DNA of 63,082 nucleotides, filler included, from Octopus bimaculoides (lineage: Eukaryota): assembly GCF_001194135.2 (NCBI RefSeq). It is 3 parts of 3 records of this genome, joined end to end, with 100 filler letters (N's around TTAATTAATTAA, not from the genome) between each part and the next. Parts side by side here need not be neighbours in the genome. Positions count along the whole stretch, not along the records: positions 1 to 31,153 come from NC_068987.1; positions 31,254 to 56,184 come from NC_068995.1; 1 more part is not named here. One strand, written 5' to 3'. The translations under genes and the position numbers were made by a program. Below the pieces are notes generated by a model. It was not told the origin of the DNA, made no database searches, and saw only the letters and a program-made list of their open reading frames with translations. This document shows positions 24,839 to 37,771 of the stretch, one piece after another (positions within the stretch are counted from its first letter, which is position 1; every line of letters starts with the position of its first letter).

Positions 24839-25945
24839 TGTGCGTGTTTCTATTCGTGTGAGCACTTGAGTACTTATCCATCAATCGATTCGAAAGTGCA
24901 GCTGCGAAGTTGACATCGGATTGGCTTGTCCTGTAATCACTTATAAACTTGTGCACATAGCTTTAATTAACTTTCTCTCTAGAACGGAATGAATTTCACA
25001 CTTGACAGAAACAAGTCTGCTGCACTATGGCTGAAAACTTGAAGACCAAACATTAAACGGATCAGGCCGCCACACGTCTAAGAAATCTTCTGTCACATTC
25101 AGACAGAACAATCAGTTCCTGGCACCACTTCAGACTGAAACTCCAAAAATAGGGTTGATTAAATTAACCTTCTAGTTGGTTAAAATTTGAATCAACTTCC
25201 TTTACCATTTGTGCAAACGGATTATATCCATTAATGGCGACTAGTTTCCGATTTTTAGACATGATAGGTCTGACATTTTCTTATACGTATTTTTTCTGTT
25301 CCCATATTTCTTTATCATCTTATTTTTCTTTCAGCTGAATATTCACTTCGTAACATCCCCTGTTACCTGTCTTTCTCTCCACTTATCAACCTCTCTCTAT
25401 CCGGCCACTTTTCTACTATTTTCCATCTGCCTTTTTACTTTTGAAAGTATGTCTGAATTATTTTTCAGACTTTGTCTCATTTAGATTTCTAAATATAATG
25501 CAAAATTCTTTTANNNNNNNNNNNNNNNNNNNNNNNNNNNNNNNNNNNNNNNNNNNNNNNNNNNNNNNNNNNNNNNNNNNNNNNNNNNNNNNNNNNNNNN
25601 NNNNNNNNNNNNNNNNNNNNNNNNNNNNNNNNNNNNNNNNNNNNNNNNNNNNNNNNNNNNNNNNNNNNNNNNNNNNNNNNNNNNNNNNNNNNNNNNNNNN
25701 NNNNNNNNNNNNNNNNNNNNNNNNNNNNNNNNNNNNNNNNNNNNNNNNNNNNNNNNNNNNNNNNNNNNNNNNNNNATTCTTAAAATTGTCATTTTAATGG
25801 CATGGCCAAGTGAAACTCCTTTTTGAGAATTTATTTTCATTTACTTCGACTATTTCGAATTCATTTGTCTCTGAATAGCATCACCATTCCACATAAGCCA
25901 GTCTTCTGTAGTTTATATTACACACAGACACACACGCGCGCAAAA

Positions 25946-26011
<66 letters not shown>

Positions 26012-26056
26012 GCATATATAGGTATATGCGCAGACTAAGATATATACATATACAAT

Positions 26057-26148
26057 AGGTGCAGGAGTGGCTGTGTGGTAAGCAGATTGTGTACCAACCA
26101 CATGGTTCCGGGTTCACTCCCACTGCGTGGAGCCTTGGGCACGTTTCC
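26057..26148 (+). mobile_element. SINE family A 5' head
   Basis: GGTGCAGGAGTGGCTGTGTGGTAAG (A box) ... CCGGGTTCACTCCCACTGCGTGG (B box). Confidence 0.85.
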
Positions 26149-27273
26149 AGTTTTAAATCACTTTTAGTCATCCATAGCCATCTTTTTTCTCTTTCTGTCT
26201 TATCTTAAACATCTGTATGAAATTGTCCATGGATTCTTTTCTTTATCCACCTATTTTCAGTTTCATTCATTTTCAAGTGCTTGTGCAGTGCTTTATCTTT
26301 GCAATCTTACATCCTACAGCAGCTTCACCATCTTACGTCCAATAATAGCATTTCTGTGGCATTTTGTTTTACATACCATGCTACGTTGTTTTCTTCTGCT
26401 CTAATGCTGTGTTCGCATCCAATCAGTCCTCTTCAGTCTGTCTGTTTCTGCATTTGGGCGGAGTATCCCTTACCTAGTCAGCAACTTCTTTGTCTTTCGG
26501 TCTAAGCTGTTTAATTCGATTACTGTTCATGCGATTACTCCGTCTCCATATCTAGGTAGTGAAATCATCCAGGTGTTGATAGCTTTAATTTTATTCCATC
26601 CGTTTAATTTTGACTTAAAGATCAGTCTCAGACTGTGAAAGTATTCCACCTTAAATATTTCTGTCATTTCTTTCTCCATCAATTCATCCATTTCCAACAT
26701 CCCCAAGTGCTTATAGCTCGTCTCTTTTATCTGGATCATAACCTCCCGCGATGATATCGCTAGCCCGTCGATACATTTGATTTTGCGTCTCTTCAATACT
26801 AACACACCATACCTTTTTATTCCGAACTCCATTCTGATATCAGCACTGAACGTATACACCGTATCAACGAAGTAACTGAATTCGGGATTCAGCTTTACTA
26901 TAATGTTTGAGGTCATCCACGAATAACAAGTGGTTGACTTTTTGTTGGCGCCTTTTGAATACATACCCAGTTTTTGCTTTCTTCAGAATCAATGTTACTG
27001 ATATCATGCAGAGTAAAAAGATCAGTCGGGTAAAGCAGTCCCCTTAGAAGATGCCTCTCCTGGTTTCTATTGTCCCTAAACTTCCATATGCTGTCAGTTC
27101 CGTTCTCCACTTCACCATACTTTTTCCAAAACAATCGCTCAACATTAGATGCAATACTAAATAGGTTCATACATTCCATAATCAAAGAATATGGGATCAT
27201 ATCGTACATCTTACGATAATCGATCCATGACTTGGCTAAGTTGGTTTCCCTCCTCTTGCAGTTTCTAAGTAGA

Positions 27274-27276
<3 letters not shown>
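26149..27276 (-). mobile_element. Dong/R4-type LINE reverse transcriptase fragment (pseudogenised)
   Basis: SWIDYRKMYDMIP..IMECMNLFSIASNVERL / VDTVYTFSADIRMEFGI...YKHLGMLE...KSKLNGWNKIKAINTW...RYG / MTKSDLKLET; frameshifts; 5' junction abuts (AAT)n. Confidence 0.9.

Positions 27277-27342
<66 letters not shown>
27277..27342. repeat. (ATT)n microsatellite
   Basis: Perfect array. Confidence 0.98.
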
Positions 27343-27907
27343 GAGTGAGAGAGCAGTGCATGCCATCAAAGTGACNNNNNNNNNNTATTATTATTATTAT
27401 TGAGTGAGAGAGCAGTGCATGCCATCAAAGTGACACTGGGGTAAAATATACGAAGCCCATTATACCCATCATGACTAACCGTCTGATAAGGATACACCAG
27501 GCACATGCATCACAAAGATATGTGCGCGACATGGTGATCTCGTATCAAGATAAACAGCGCATGACCTCGCAGGTGGGGCCCAGTTAGAATTTTCGTCAGG
27601 TCGAGTGGCCCATCCCATGTTTCCAAAGGTGAATTATTCAAACACCAAAGAATTCCTCTCAACACATGGCTATGATGCTCCCCCACTACTTCTGCTCATG
27701 ATCAGAGATGCACATATCGTCAGCCACCAAGGGACATGCTCAACTAGTTAAGGTCAAACAACTGACAAGCAAATCTGTAGTATTAAGCAGAATATTTGCT
27801 GTAGCCCATCTTTTATACCAAGACAAAACAATATATATGATAACACTTCCAATTGATTAAGATCAGAAGCCATGAGAGCCGCCACTGCCTTGTACTGCAT
27901 CATGTCA

Positions 27908-27938
<31 letters not shown>

Positions 27939-28215
27939 GAGTGAGAGAGCAGTGCATGCCAACAAAGTGACTCTGGGGTAAAATATACGAAGCCCATTAT
28001 ACCCATCATGACTACCCGACTAATAAGGATACACCAGACACCTGCACCACGACCATAGGCGCGTGACATGTTAATCTAAAATCAAGATAAACAGCGCATG
28101 ACCTCGCACGTGGGGCCCAGTTAGAATTTTCTTCAGGTCGTGTGGACCATCCCGCTCAAAAGGTCCCTGAATAGGGTTGTTGAAGGATGTTGTGCAAAAC
28201 ACCCATGTTTCCAAG
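27343..28215 (-). mobile_element. Two (plus one partial) copies of an (AAT)n-tailed repeat, probable LINE 3' UTR
   Basis: GAGTGAGAGAGCAGTGCATGCCA.CAAAGTGAC.CTGGGGTAAAATATACGAAGCCC starts at about 27343, 27401 and 27939, each preceded by (ATT)n; non-coding. Confidence 0.7.
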
Positions 28216-29373
28216 ATAATTCTTTTCTAAAGATAAAGTATAAATTAGTATAACATACTGAAAGAATTCCTCCAACTGGAGCAATTGAAAGAGTGTAATT
28301 TTAATACATTGTCAATAATCTTAATAATGATATTCATAAAAATGAAATATTAAACTAATAATAATATTGTTACGATTATAGTGTTTCAGTTGTGTTTCCT
28401 TTTCTTGCTGAGTGTCTCCCAACTCCTATTATGGTTACTATAACGAGCCCTAAAGTGGTGTGTCTTCACCCCTCGCAATGCAAACGCAGGTTGTGGAGCA
28501 AAGATTATGGTCAAAAACCTAAGTGGCAAAATTCACGAATAGTAAAACAAGGAAAAGAAACAAAATACATCAAGAAAAGAAAAGGTGCAAATGAGGCAAT
28601 GAGGTTGATGATTTTAAGCAACAATATACTGAAACCTACTCGTAGATCACGTATAACATTATTATCAACACCATCATCACAAAGACCAGCACCGCAGCTG
28701 TCACAGACACAAGTATAAGCACCCCGTTTCCTACACACAGTACAAGTCAGAAAACACTACAACATGCATACAACAGCAGAAATAATTCGTAATACGGGTA
28801 CAAGAACAAATTTAAAAAACCAGCAGACAAGCAATGCACACAACATGTACATTGATGAATAGCAATCAACCACACAAAATAATCATCGAAATAGCACAAC
28901 GTACATGCAACATCCTTATAATAATTACGCCATAGTAGTGTAAGATTTCAGGAAAAATATAAGCAAAATTTCTATGAAGAACTGTTATTGAAAACATTGA
29001 TAACCAACACAAAAGCTGGTATATCCATTGCTCCATGGGTATAAGTGATCCAGACTATTATACGGAAATACGAGGCGTCGACACGAACAAAAAAATCATC
29101 AGGAGAATTTACGGGGCCTCAAGTTCAGCACCCTAAAATGGACAAGTAAGGCAGGTTCATGCTATCAAAGAGGGCCTCATGCTACTGGACGGATAAAGAT
29201 GTTAAATTGCTTGGAAATGTATTTCGGTTGATGTAGATTTCAAGAAAGGTGTGACGATCAGGATGGCTGGTCCATACAGATATGGCTCAAAAGTAAACTC
29301 TCACTGAAGTATTGGGTAGAGCGAATGAATACCTTCTTTGTATCTGTTATCTTCGATTGCGTGACCGTCTTAC

Positions 29374-29460
29374 CGTGATCTGCTTCGTGGGTGACTAGAA
29401 TGGAACGCTTTCTATTCTGCCTTCTATAGCGGACGTGTGATCTGATTTGTCCGCCGTTTC
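29374..29460 (-). CDS. Candidate coding exon E3 (phase 1-1, 87 nt): NGGQIRSHVRYRRQNRKRSILVTHEADH
   Basis: Acceptor gcgtttattgattAG at 29462-29461, donor G|GTAAGA at 29373; open, CpG-rich, phase-compatible with E2 and E4. Confidence 0.5.
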
Positions 29461-31070
29461 CTAATCAATAAACGCTTTGCAGAGGACTGGACTGGTCTTT
29501 CCATGTCTAATGTTGTAGACGCATGCACTCTACTTAAGACATTTCCAGGACATTTCAAGGTAATAAAATTTAAAAATTACGGAGATGTACTTACATCGCA
29601 AGTGACTTCATCTGAGATCGTGTGCTGGAACGAAAATAATTGCAGCGTGGAAGGTGTTTATAAGGCATTTAAGAAACACACAAAAACCGTTAGATTCACT
29701 TCGACATTTAAATTTAATTTGCCAAAATATTTTCGTCGCTTTCAGACCGCGAAAGTTAAATATATTAACTAAACAGCCAATATTTCCTGTTCTGATGTGG
29801 AAAATTGTACTGGAATTAATGGCGTGACCAGTGTATGTATTAATTAGTATTTTTAAAATGCATGATGAGTACATTTTGAAATTCACATGAGAGTGAGTAT
29901 CATATATGTACGAAATGTATTTATCTTTACAAAAACTATTCTAATTCTATATTTACGATGATGATGACTGAATTTAAATCATTGGTTTAATAGTTATGTT
30001 CATAAAAGAAACTGGGGTCTCAGTGTAGAAGCTTTAATGAGAAACTACTGAAAACTGTTGGTAACTGCTCAGCTTCTTTTCTAAAATATAGAGATCATGC
30101 CTTTATTTTTCGCCATCATATAATTTTAGATTTTTCTCTGTGAAATCGAAAACCATCACCTTAAACGAGGCATTATTAGCACCGAAAAATCTATCGCATT
30201 TCCATAAGTTCTTAGTTTGTAAGTTACTTCGCAAGCCATGGCATTTATTACCTTTCATTGAAACGTACTTAAACTGAACTATATAAATATTTTAAACATT
30301 TATCAATTTCAAATCTTTCATCGAACTTAAAATAGAAAAATCAAATACAGCATCGAGAACTCACACATTTACATATTCATACTAATTATTAATTTATCCC
30401 TTTGAAAATACTGTGAACTTTACTTCATATGTATCAACATTATATTAGATAAACTACCTCCCGACATTTCTGTACGTAGATAGTTTTTGCTCAAAGTCTC
30501 ACTTCTTTGAACATTTTACAAAGGGGAATCTCGAATTGTCCTAAATTTATATGTAAGTATATATGTAATTTCAACAATATATTACACTTTCAACGTCTGT
30601 ACTTGAAACTGAAGCATTGTAAATTATACATTATCCGCCACACTTCATACTTTATCTAAGTACGTTATACAAAATATTGGCACATATACCATTGTCCTTT
30701 TGACCGCTCCAATAAAACATGTACCCATTCGAAGCATCAATCTAATATTTACTCGGACATACTTTCATTGTAAACGAAAACCAGCTTCGATTTTACTCGT
30801 ACACAATTAGATTAAACCTAACAAATATTCATACATTTATAATACTCGAGTTTCAGTAAAAACAGATATTGCCTATACATATACATATGCTTACACTCAT
30901 ATAAATATATATGTGAGTGTTTGTGTGTGTGTGTGTGTGTGTGTATGTTTGTGTGTATGTTTGTGTGCATGTGTATGCATATATATATATATATATACAT
31001 ATACATATGTCTATATAATTTCCCTTTTATATACTTCTATATATATATAGATAAATAGATAAATAAATAA

Positions 31071-31129
<59 letters not shown>

Positions 31130-31153
31130 TATATATATAGATGTAGATATATA

Positions 31154-31253
31154 NNNNNNNNNNNNNNNNNNNNNNNNNNNNNNNNNNNNNNNNNNNNTTA
31201 ATTAATTAANNNNNNNNNNNNNNNNNNNNNNNNNNNNNNNNNNNNNNNNNNNN
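31154..31253. other. Assembly spacer N44-TTAATTAATTAA-N44
   Basis: Exactly 100 bp; identical construct at 56185-56284; the 12-mer has stop codons in all six frames. Confidence 0.9.
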
Positions 31254-32368
31254 ATACATCAAAATACGCAGATGCATACGCACAGACAATCTACGTATAT
31301 AGGTATATATTTGCAAGGCACAAATATATACACGAATACAAATTTATACACATACACATACAGACGCATTTAAGCTCGCGCACGAAAAAACTTATGCGCT
31401 GGTAACAAAAATTGTATCTTAATCTATGGAGTGGAGGGGTAAAGAGTAGCATATATATAATAACGTTACTAATATAGAAATGGAGAAAGTGTGGCTATCG
31501 TGAGGAAGGAAAGAAAGAAAGAAAGAGAAAAAGAAAGAAAGACAGAAAAGGAAGAAAAGAGAGAAAGGTGGGAATGGGAAGAAAGAAGTAGAGAGAGAAA
31601 ATGAGCAAGAACGTATGTATATAGTAAACCTACATAAAATTAGACTTCGTATATATGTGTATACAAAAATGTATATAGCATCAAGTATATAGATATATAT
31701 GTGGATATGTACGTAAATACTCACAAACATAACCGTATACATGCGTATGCACACATTCAAGTATGTGTGAGTGTGAACCTAAGCGCACATTCCCATATAT
31801 AACATAGATGCACACACGCGAATAGATGCATGTATGTGTAAATAAATATAAGCATATACTCTTATCCATGTATACACAAAAACGCACACACACGAAATCA
31901 TAACTGCATATGCACAAGTGTAAATCTAGGCCCTATATGTAAGCGTAGACGCACGCATATGAATACGTAAGTGTTGTTACAATACAGACATCTATATTAA
32001 AAAAACCCTTTTAGATCTCAGCGTATATACGCAGACAACTTCTTAAGAAACTGCTGGGTGTATAAAAGTTAAAACCGGGCGAAAATACATGCATAATAGA
32101 ATTCTATAGTCGAATCGTCCATAAAAATGGTAAAATATGCATACAAAGTGTTTTAAAATAAATAGAATAGAATGAAGTAAAAAGTAAAAACAAGGGAGGA
32201 GAAAAAAATCTATGTATATAACAGTCGAAGGTTTTCTTAAAATGACGTAGGGGTCTATACAAAATTCTTACAACGCTAAATAAATCATTTATAATTCGGT
32301 ACCAATCCAATAGTAAGATTGCACAATGGTTACAAGGAGTCAAACATTATCAAAAATATATATATATA

Positions 32369-33520
32369 CTATCCATACGGTATATTACTTGCCGACATTT
32401 TAAATTTGGACGCATGTCTACATGTATTTAAAAGTTCGCGTCTTTGGTTTAGCGCCTTCTTATCCTGGAATAAGATATTCAGTTTTTCCAATAAACAAAG
32501 ATCACATTTCAATGGTCTTTTATGTGCACCGTGTCTGTAAGGCGATGCTCTGCCTAAAATCTTCCATGTCACGTTGAAAGGCTGGGCTTCATTTCCCTTT
32601 AATTGCCAGACGTATTTTGCCAGGCTCGTCTTTGTCCTATTTTCAGGGTATCTAAAAGAATTTTTGTGCGAATACAGCCTGGTTTTAAAAGAATTTTCTG
32701 TAGCCCCTGTATAAGTTCTATAATCGTGCGAGCCTTCTATCTGGACTTTGGCCCTATACACGATACCCTTTTCTAGACATCTCCCTTCCAACGGACAGGA
32801 GGTTCGATCTTTGGAATTACAGCTCTTTGTAAGCGGGTCGGCAATATTGTTTTTGGCAATTATCTTATTGTTGTACTGGCTGATCAAAGAGGCGAAGTTT
32901 TTGCAGCAAGAATAGCTGATCTTAAGCGTTCTTCTATTAAATATTCTGTAAAACTTTATGATCAGGTTGAAAGTGCCTAGTGACCAATTTTAAGAATTCC
33001 TTACCTATATTAGTTCTTACGGCCATATTGAAAGCTGGGTTGAACCACAAAACTTTCCTAGTCCTAGTTCTACGTGCTGCGCTGCTGCCAGCATTAGACT
33101 GGGTGTACTGGATCCTCTCAGAGAATCCACTATTCCTTAAAGCACTATTATAATAAGGTGCCGCGTTACGGAAGGTTGCTTCGTCCGCAGAAATTGACGA
33201 AATCCGCCTACCTACGTTACTAACTAAGTTTCTAAGAATAACAGGCGGATGGTTGGATTCTCTGCTAATATAGGCTAGCTTGTCATTTGGTTTACGGTAA
33301 GGCTTAAATATATTCGAATTCAAGTCTAAATTTACATCTAAGAAATCTACTTTTTTTAGGTTAGTACCTACTGTGATCCGTAAACCTATCCTTTGGAAGA
33401 AAGTTATAAGATCCTTCCTGAGCTTATCTATCTCATGGCTAGATATGGTCATAAATATTGTCATGATTTTAGGAGTAGTAAATTGGGTATAAATTATGTC
33501 TATAAAGGAGGCTGTTAATT
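32369..33520 (-). mobile_element. Penelope-like element (Neptune-type): RT C-terminus plus GIY-YIG endonuclease, frameshifted
   Basis: NLKKVDFLDVNLDL...FKPYRKPND...SNHPP...WFNPAF...TNIGKEFL and CPLEGRCLEKGIVYRAKV...YTGATENSFKTRLYSHK...CDLCLLEK; one frameshift near 32940. Confidence 0.92.
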
Positions 33521-33789
33521 ATTAGATAATGGGGCAAGACACTAATAAAACCTATTTGTGCATCTGATGGTAGCCCTGCATTTAAATTGATGTAATGATT
33601 GCATCATTGTTCAATTAAATGGAGCCGCTTGGAACGGTCGTGCTGCATCACTCCTTGATATCCTGTTGCTTATTATGATATATATATATAATATAATATA
33701 AATAATATATAAATATATGCACATAGCCATACATATATGTACATACCAATATTTATATGTATACATACATGCATATATGGGTACAGGAC

Positions 33790-34135
33790 ATCAAAAAGAC
33801 GTTAAACACAATGAGAAACGAAAACATAAAGACGAAAACAGAAAACGAACATTTTTCGAACAACGAAAAAAAAACAAAGAAATGAGACATGCATCATAAA
33901 GAGTATAGCCCTTCGTCAGTTGTCCTTGTTCCATCTACTCCACGTTTCGAAGGCAAGGACAATACGCGTCTTCGTTGGAACAGTCCTTCCCGCAACGCAA
34001 ATTAAATAAAATCTGGAATTTTTTGCGGAGGGTGAAAGTGTTAACAAAAAACAGGACGGTGAGAACAAGATAGTAAAAACAAACGGTGAGGGCTGTTAAG
34101 CCAAGACGATAGAAAAATTATTATGAACGCTAAGA
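33790..34135 (-). repeat. Non-coding repeat upstream of the PLE ORF, possibly a pseudo-LTR
   Basis: Pyrimidine-rich on the minus strand, with CGAAACG and CTGACGAAG boxes; position next to the PLE. Confidence 0.35.
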
Positions 34136-34444
34136 TAGACGTGCATGAGAAAAGAGACAGAAAAAATACGTCTTTTTTATAAGAAGGCAGTGAGCAGAAA
34201 GGGAGATCCCCTGTCAACACGTGTCAGCGACGAGAGGGTCAAGGAGGAAGAGTGAGACAGAGAGGGAACGGTGAAAGGAAAGAAGAATAAGGAAAGGGTG
34301 GGAAGAGAATAACAGAAAGGATGAAGAACAAGAGAGGGAGAGAGATAGACAAGGAAGTGATAGTAATAGTAGCAGAGTGCGCATTGTAATTATTAACATA
34401 AAACTTACTTGGGAAAGAATGCGTGGCGTTCGATCATATAATAA

Positions 34445-34595
34445 TATAAATAATAACAAGCTCGCTTTCCAACTACTTGGTTCCAGGCTCAATCTCACTA
34501 CGTGGCATCTTGGCAAGTGTCTTCTATTATAGCTTCAGGCCGACCACAGGCCTGTGATTGGATTTGGTAAGCGGAATCTGAAAAAGCCCATCATC
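34445..34595 (+). mobile_element. Degraded SINE family A 5' half
   Basis: CACTACGTGGCATCTTGGCAAGTGTCTTCTATTATAGC...GGATTTGGTAAGCGGAATCTGAAA. Confidence 0.75.
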
Positions 34596-35016
34596 TTTTA
34601 TTCTCTTTTCTTTTTCACGCAAACCGCCGAAGTGACTGGTCGTATTTTCTCACGTCTCCCACTTTTAACACGTTTCTCTGTCTCTCTGTTGTCCTTCTGT
34701 CTCTTATCCATTAGGATATTCCTCTTTGTGTCAACCATATTTCCGTCTCCTGCCTGGCCCTAATGTCCTATTCTGTTTATTTCATTTTGTTCGTATGTCC
34801 ATATTTCGTCTTGTTTGTTTCTGTCTTTGTCCCTCATCCGTCCACTTATGATTTCGTTTTGAATCACATTTATTTCACGTTTGTATTTTCACTTTCTGTA
34901 TTGTATATTTGTTTAATTCTTGTTTGTTTGTTCGGTTTCTGTCATGTTTGGCCCTTGTTTCTTGGCTCACCATTTTCCGGGGGCTTCTTGCTGCCAGCTC
35001 CACCAGCTGGGATCAA

Positions 35017-35245
35017 GGAGGGCGGTGAGCTGGCAGAATCGTCGGCACACCAGGCGAAATGCTTAGCGGTGTTTCGTCAACCGTTACATTCTGGGTTCAA
35101 ATTCCGCTGAGGTCGACTTTACCTATCATCCTTTCGGGGTCGATAAATTAAGTACCAGTTGCATACTGGGTCGATCTAATCGACTTCCCCCCCACCTCCA
35201 ACATTTCGAGCCTTGTGCCTAGAGTAGAAAACAATATTATCATTT
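35017..35245 (+). mobile_element. SINE family B, near full length
   Basis: GGCGGTGAGCTGGCAGAATCG (A box) ... GGGTTCAAATTCC (B box) ... CCTTTCGGGGTCGATAAATTAAGTACCAG. Confidence 0.9.
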
Positions 35246-35344
35246 GAAGGCGCGAAATTCTCTGGCCGATAACTAATGAAGATTTGGTAACCATCTGTGT
35301 CTGTTTTCCGTTTGTTGTGCATTTATATTTTTTAAACTTATATG

Positions 35345-35378
<34 letters not shown>

Positions 35379-35584
35379 TGTATGTATGTATGTATGTATG
35401 TATGTATGTGTGTATGTATGTATGCATGTATGTGTGTGTGTGTATGTATGTGTGTGTGTGTGTGTGTGTGTTTGTATGTATGTATGTATGTATGTATGTA
35501 TGTATGTACGTATGCATTAACATGTTTGAAACTGATGATTCCCTCCATCGCCACTCAGAGAAAACCTGTATAGCGACAAAGTGA

Positions 35585-36000
35585 ATCCATCCATCCACCA
35601 TCCATCTTTTGCACCCAGTATATCTAGAAAAGTCGTGGTGAGGAATAGAGTTCTCAGCTATCTCCTCTATAGTGTCCTATCAGAAGCAACCGTCATTATA
35701 CTTTTCGGCTAGATTGCCAAATGTGACCACCTGAGACTGTGGATATTATCCAACCATCTTGTTCTTAGTCTCCTGCCGGTTGGTTCGGCTTGAAGAATCC
35801 ATTTTGCTAATTCTTTCCCGTGGCATTCTAATCGCATGTCCATTTCGCCAGAGCTGTGACTTTGCAATGCGGAAAAGTAGCGGCTCGACCTGAAGAGACT
35901 CTCCGATTTCCAAACTACCTACCCTGTTTAGTAATGTTACTCCAGTGATTCTTCGAAGGAACTTCTTTCAGTCTTTATCCAAAATTCCTGACCATTGGTG
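35585..36000 (-). mobile_element. RTE-clade LINE 3' fragment
   Basis: Minus translation LRRITGVTLLNRVGSLEIGESLQVEPLLFRIAKSQLW..GHAIRMPRER fits the RTE C-terminus; (GATG)n-like tail at about 35585-35605. Confidence 0.75.
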
Positions 36001-36195
36001 ATGACAGTCACAAATCATCATCTTCAAATGAATAGTTTATTTTTACATCTGTTTGTACAATCAAATATGTGCGTGTGTATAAATCTACATGGTTATACAT
36101 GCACGCGCACACATTTTATGTGAAGTCATTGTAAAATCAGTGTAACATCTATAATGTATAAGACGAAGGATATGTGTGTATGTGTGTGTGTGAGT

Positions 36196-36286
<91 letters not shown>

Positions 36287-37095
36287 CGGGAAAGCTTACA
36301 TGTTTTTATTTGTTTTTCCTCGCATCTTTTTTGAATGAGTGTGTGAGTGATTGACTGAGAGAGAAAGAGAGAGGTGTGTGCTGTCAGAAAGAGAGAGAGG
36401 GAGAGAAAGATTATATCGCTGCATGTGTGAGAGAGAGAGAGAGAGACGTNNNNNNNNNNNNNNNNNNNNNNNNNNNNNNNNNNNNNNNNNNNNNNNNNNN
36501 NNNNNNNNNNNNNNNNNNNNNNNNNNNNNNNNNNNNNNNNNNNNNNNNNNNNNNNNNNNNNNNNNNNNNNNNNNNNNNNNNNNNNNNNNNNNNNNNNNNN
36601 NNNNNNNNNNNNNNNNNNNNNNNNNNNNNNNNNNNNNNNNNNNNNNNNNNNNNNNNNNNNNNNNNNNNNNNNNNNNNNNNNNNNNNNNNNNNNNNNNNNN
36701 NNNNNNNNNNNNNNNNNNNNNNNNNNNNNNNNNNNNNNNNNNNNNNNNNNNNNNNNNNNNNNNNNNNNNNNNNNNNNNNNNNNNNNNNNNNNNNNNNNNN
36801 NNNNNNNNNNNNNNNNNNNNNNNNNNNNNNNNNNNNNNNNNNNNNNNNNNNNNNNNNNNNNNNNNNNNNNNNNNNNNNNNNNNNNNNNNNNNNNNNNNNN
36901 NNNNNNNNNNNNNNNNNNNNNNNNNNNNNNNNNNNNNNNNNNNNNNNNNNNNNNNNNNNNNNNNNNNNNNNNNNNNNNNNNNNNNNNNNNNNNNNNNNNN
37001 NNNNNNNNNNNNNNNNNNNNNNNNNNNNNNNNNNNNNNNNNNNNNNNNNNNNNNNNNNNNNNNNNNNNNNNNNNNNNNNNNNNNNNNNNNNNNNN

Positions 37096-37139
<44 letters not shown>

Positions 37140-37771
37140 CACACGCACACACACACACATCTCTCTTACTTTCTCTCTCTCTCTCTCTCTTTCTCTCGCA
37201 TACACATAACACACACTTTCTGTCTCGCCTCCCACCCCCATTAGCACATACATACGTCCCTGTCAGTTTTCTTTCTCTTTCACTTTATCCTGACATCGAA
37301 CGAAATCTACATTTCCACCCACAAAAATAAATAAATGAAAATTTTTTTACGGATTTTACCGAACACTATTCCTTAACAGCTGTTGGATCAGACGTTTAGC
37401 TTGGCATTTTTGTCAAGAAAATTAACTACATGATACAAAATTAACTACATGATACAAAAGGCTTCAAGTAAGACATAGGATCTCTAATCGCTACTACAAT
37501 TGGGATCCCATTTCATGGACTTTCATTTATTACTAACTGCCAAATTTGTATTCGAAAAAAATTATTCATTACCCAAGTTTATTCATACCATACCATAAGC
37601 TGCTATCGAAGATGGTAATTATACATTTACGCTTATCAACTTGAGACAACTTCTAACTACGGGCTAATTCAATTTAAGCCGTCCACAGGAGTGTACCATT
37701 CTAATAATTACACCGTCCAAAGGACGGGTGCATTTGTTAGTATATATATACTATATATTGGTATATTTATA

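Noticed and set aside
28434-28458. Resemblance to the LSU rRNA I-CeuI-site sequence (TAACTATAACGGTCCTAAGGTAG)
   Set aside because: Short and imperfect, with no flanking rRNA similarity.
29483-29559. Plus-strand exon candidate (DWTGLSMSNVVDACTLLKTFPGHFK) next to E3
   Set aside because: No phase-compatible partners found on the plus strand; cannot be excluded without RNA data.
31198-31209. TTAATTAATTAA palindrome (also 56229-56240)
   Set aside because: Centred in identical 44-N flanks totalling 100 bp; scaffolding spacer, not biology.
33901-33960. GAAAC and CUGACGA hammerhead boxes on the minus strand (similar at 4585-4625)
   Set aside because: Boxes are in reversed order and stem I cannot be formed; at 4571 the continuation falls in a gap.
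37418-37455. Short tandem duplications (19 bp here; 26 bp at 51075-51130)
   Set aside because: Ordinary slippage duplications; not CRISPR-like (two units only, no array).
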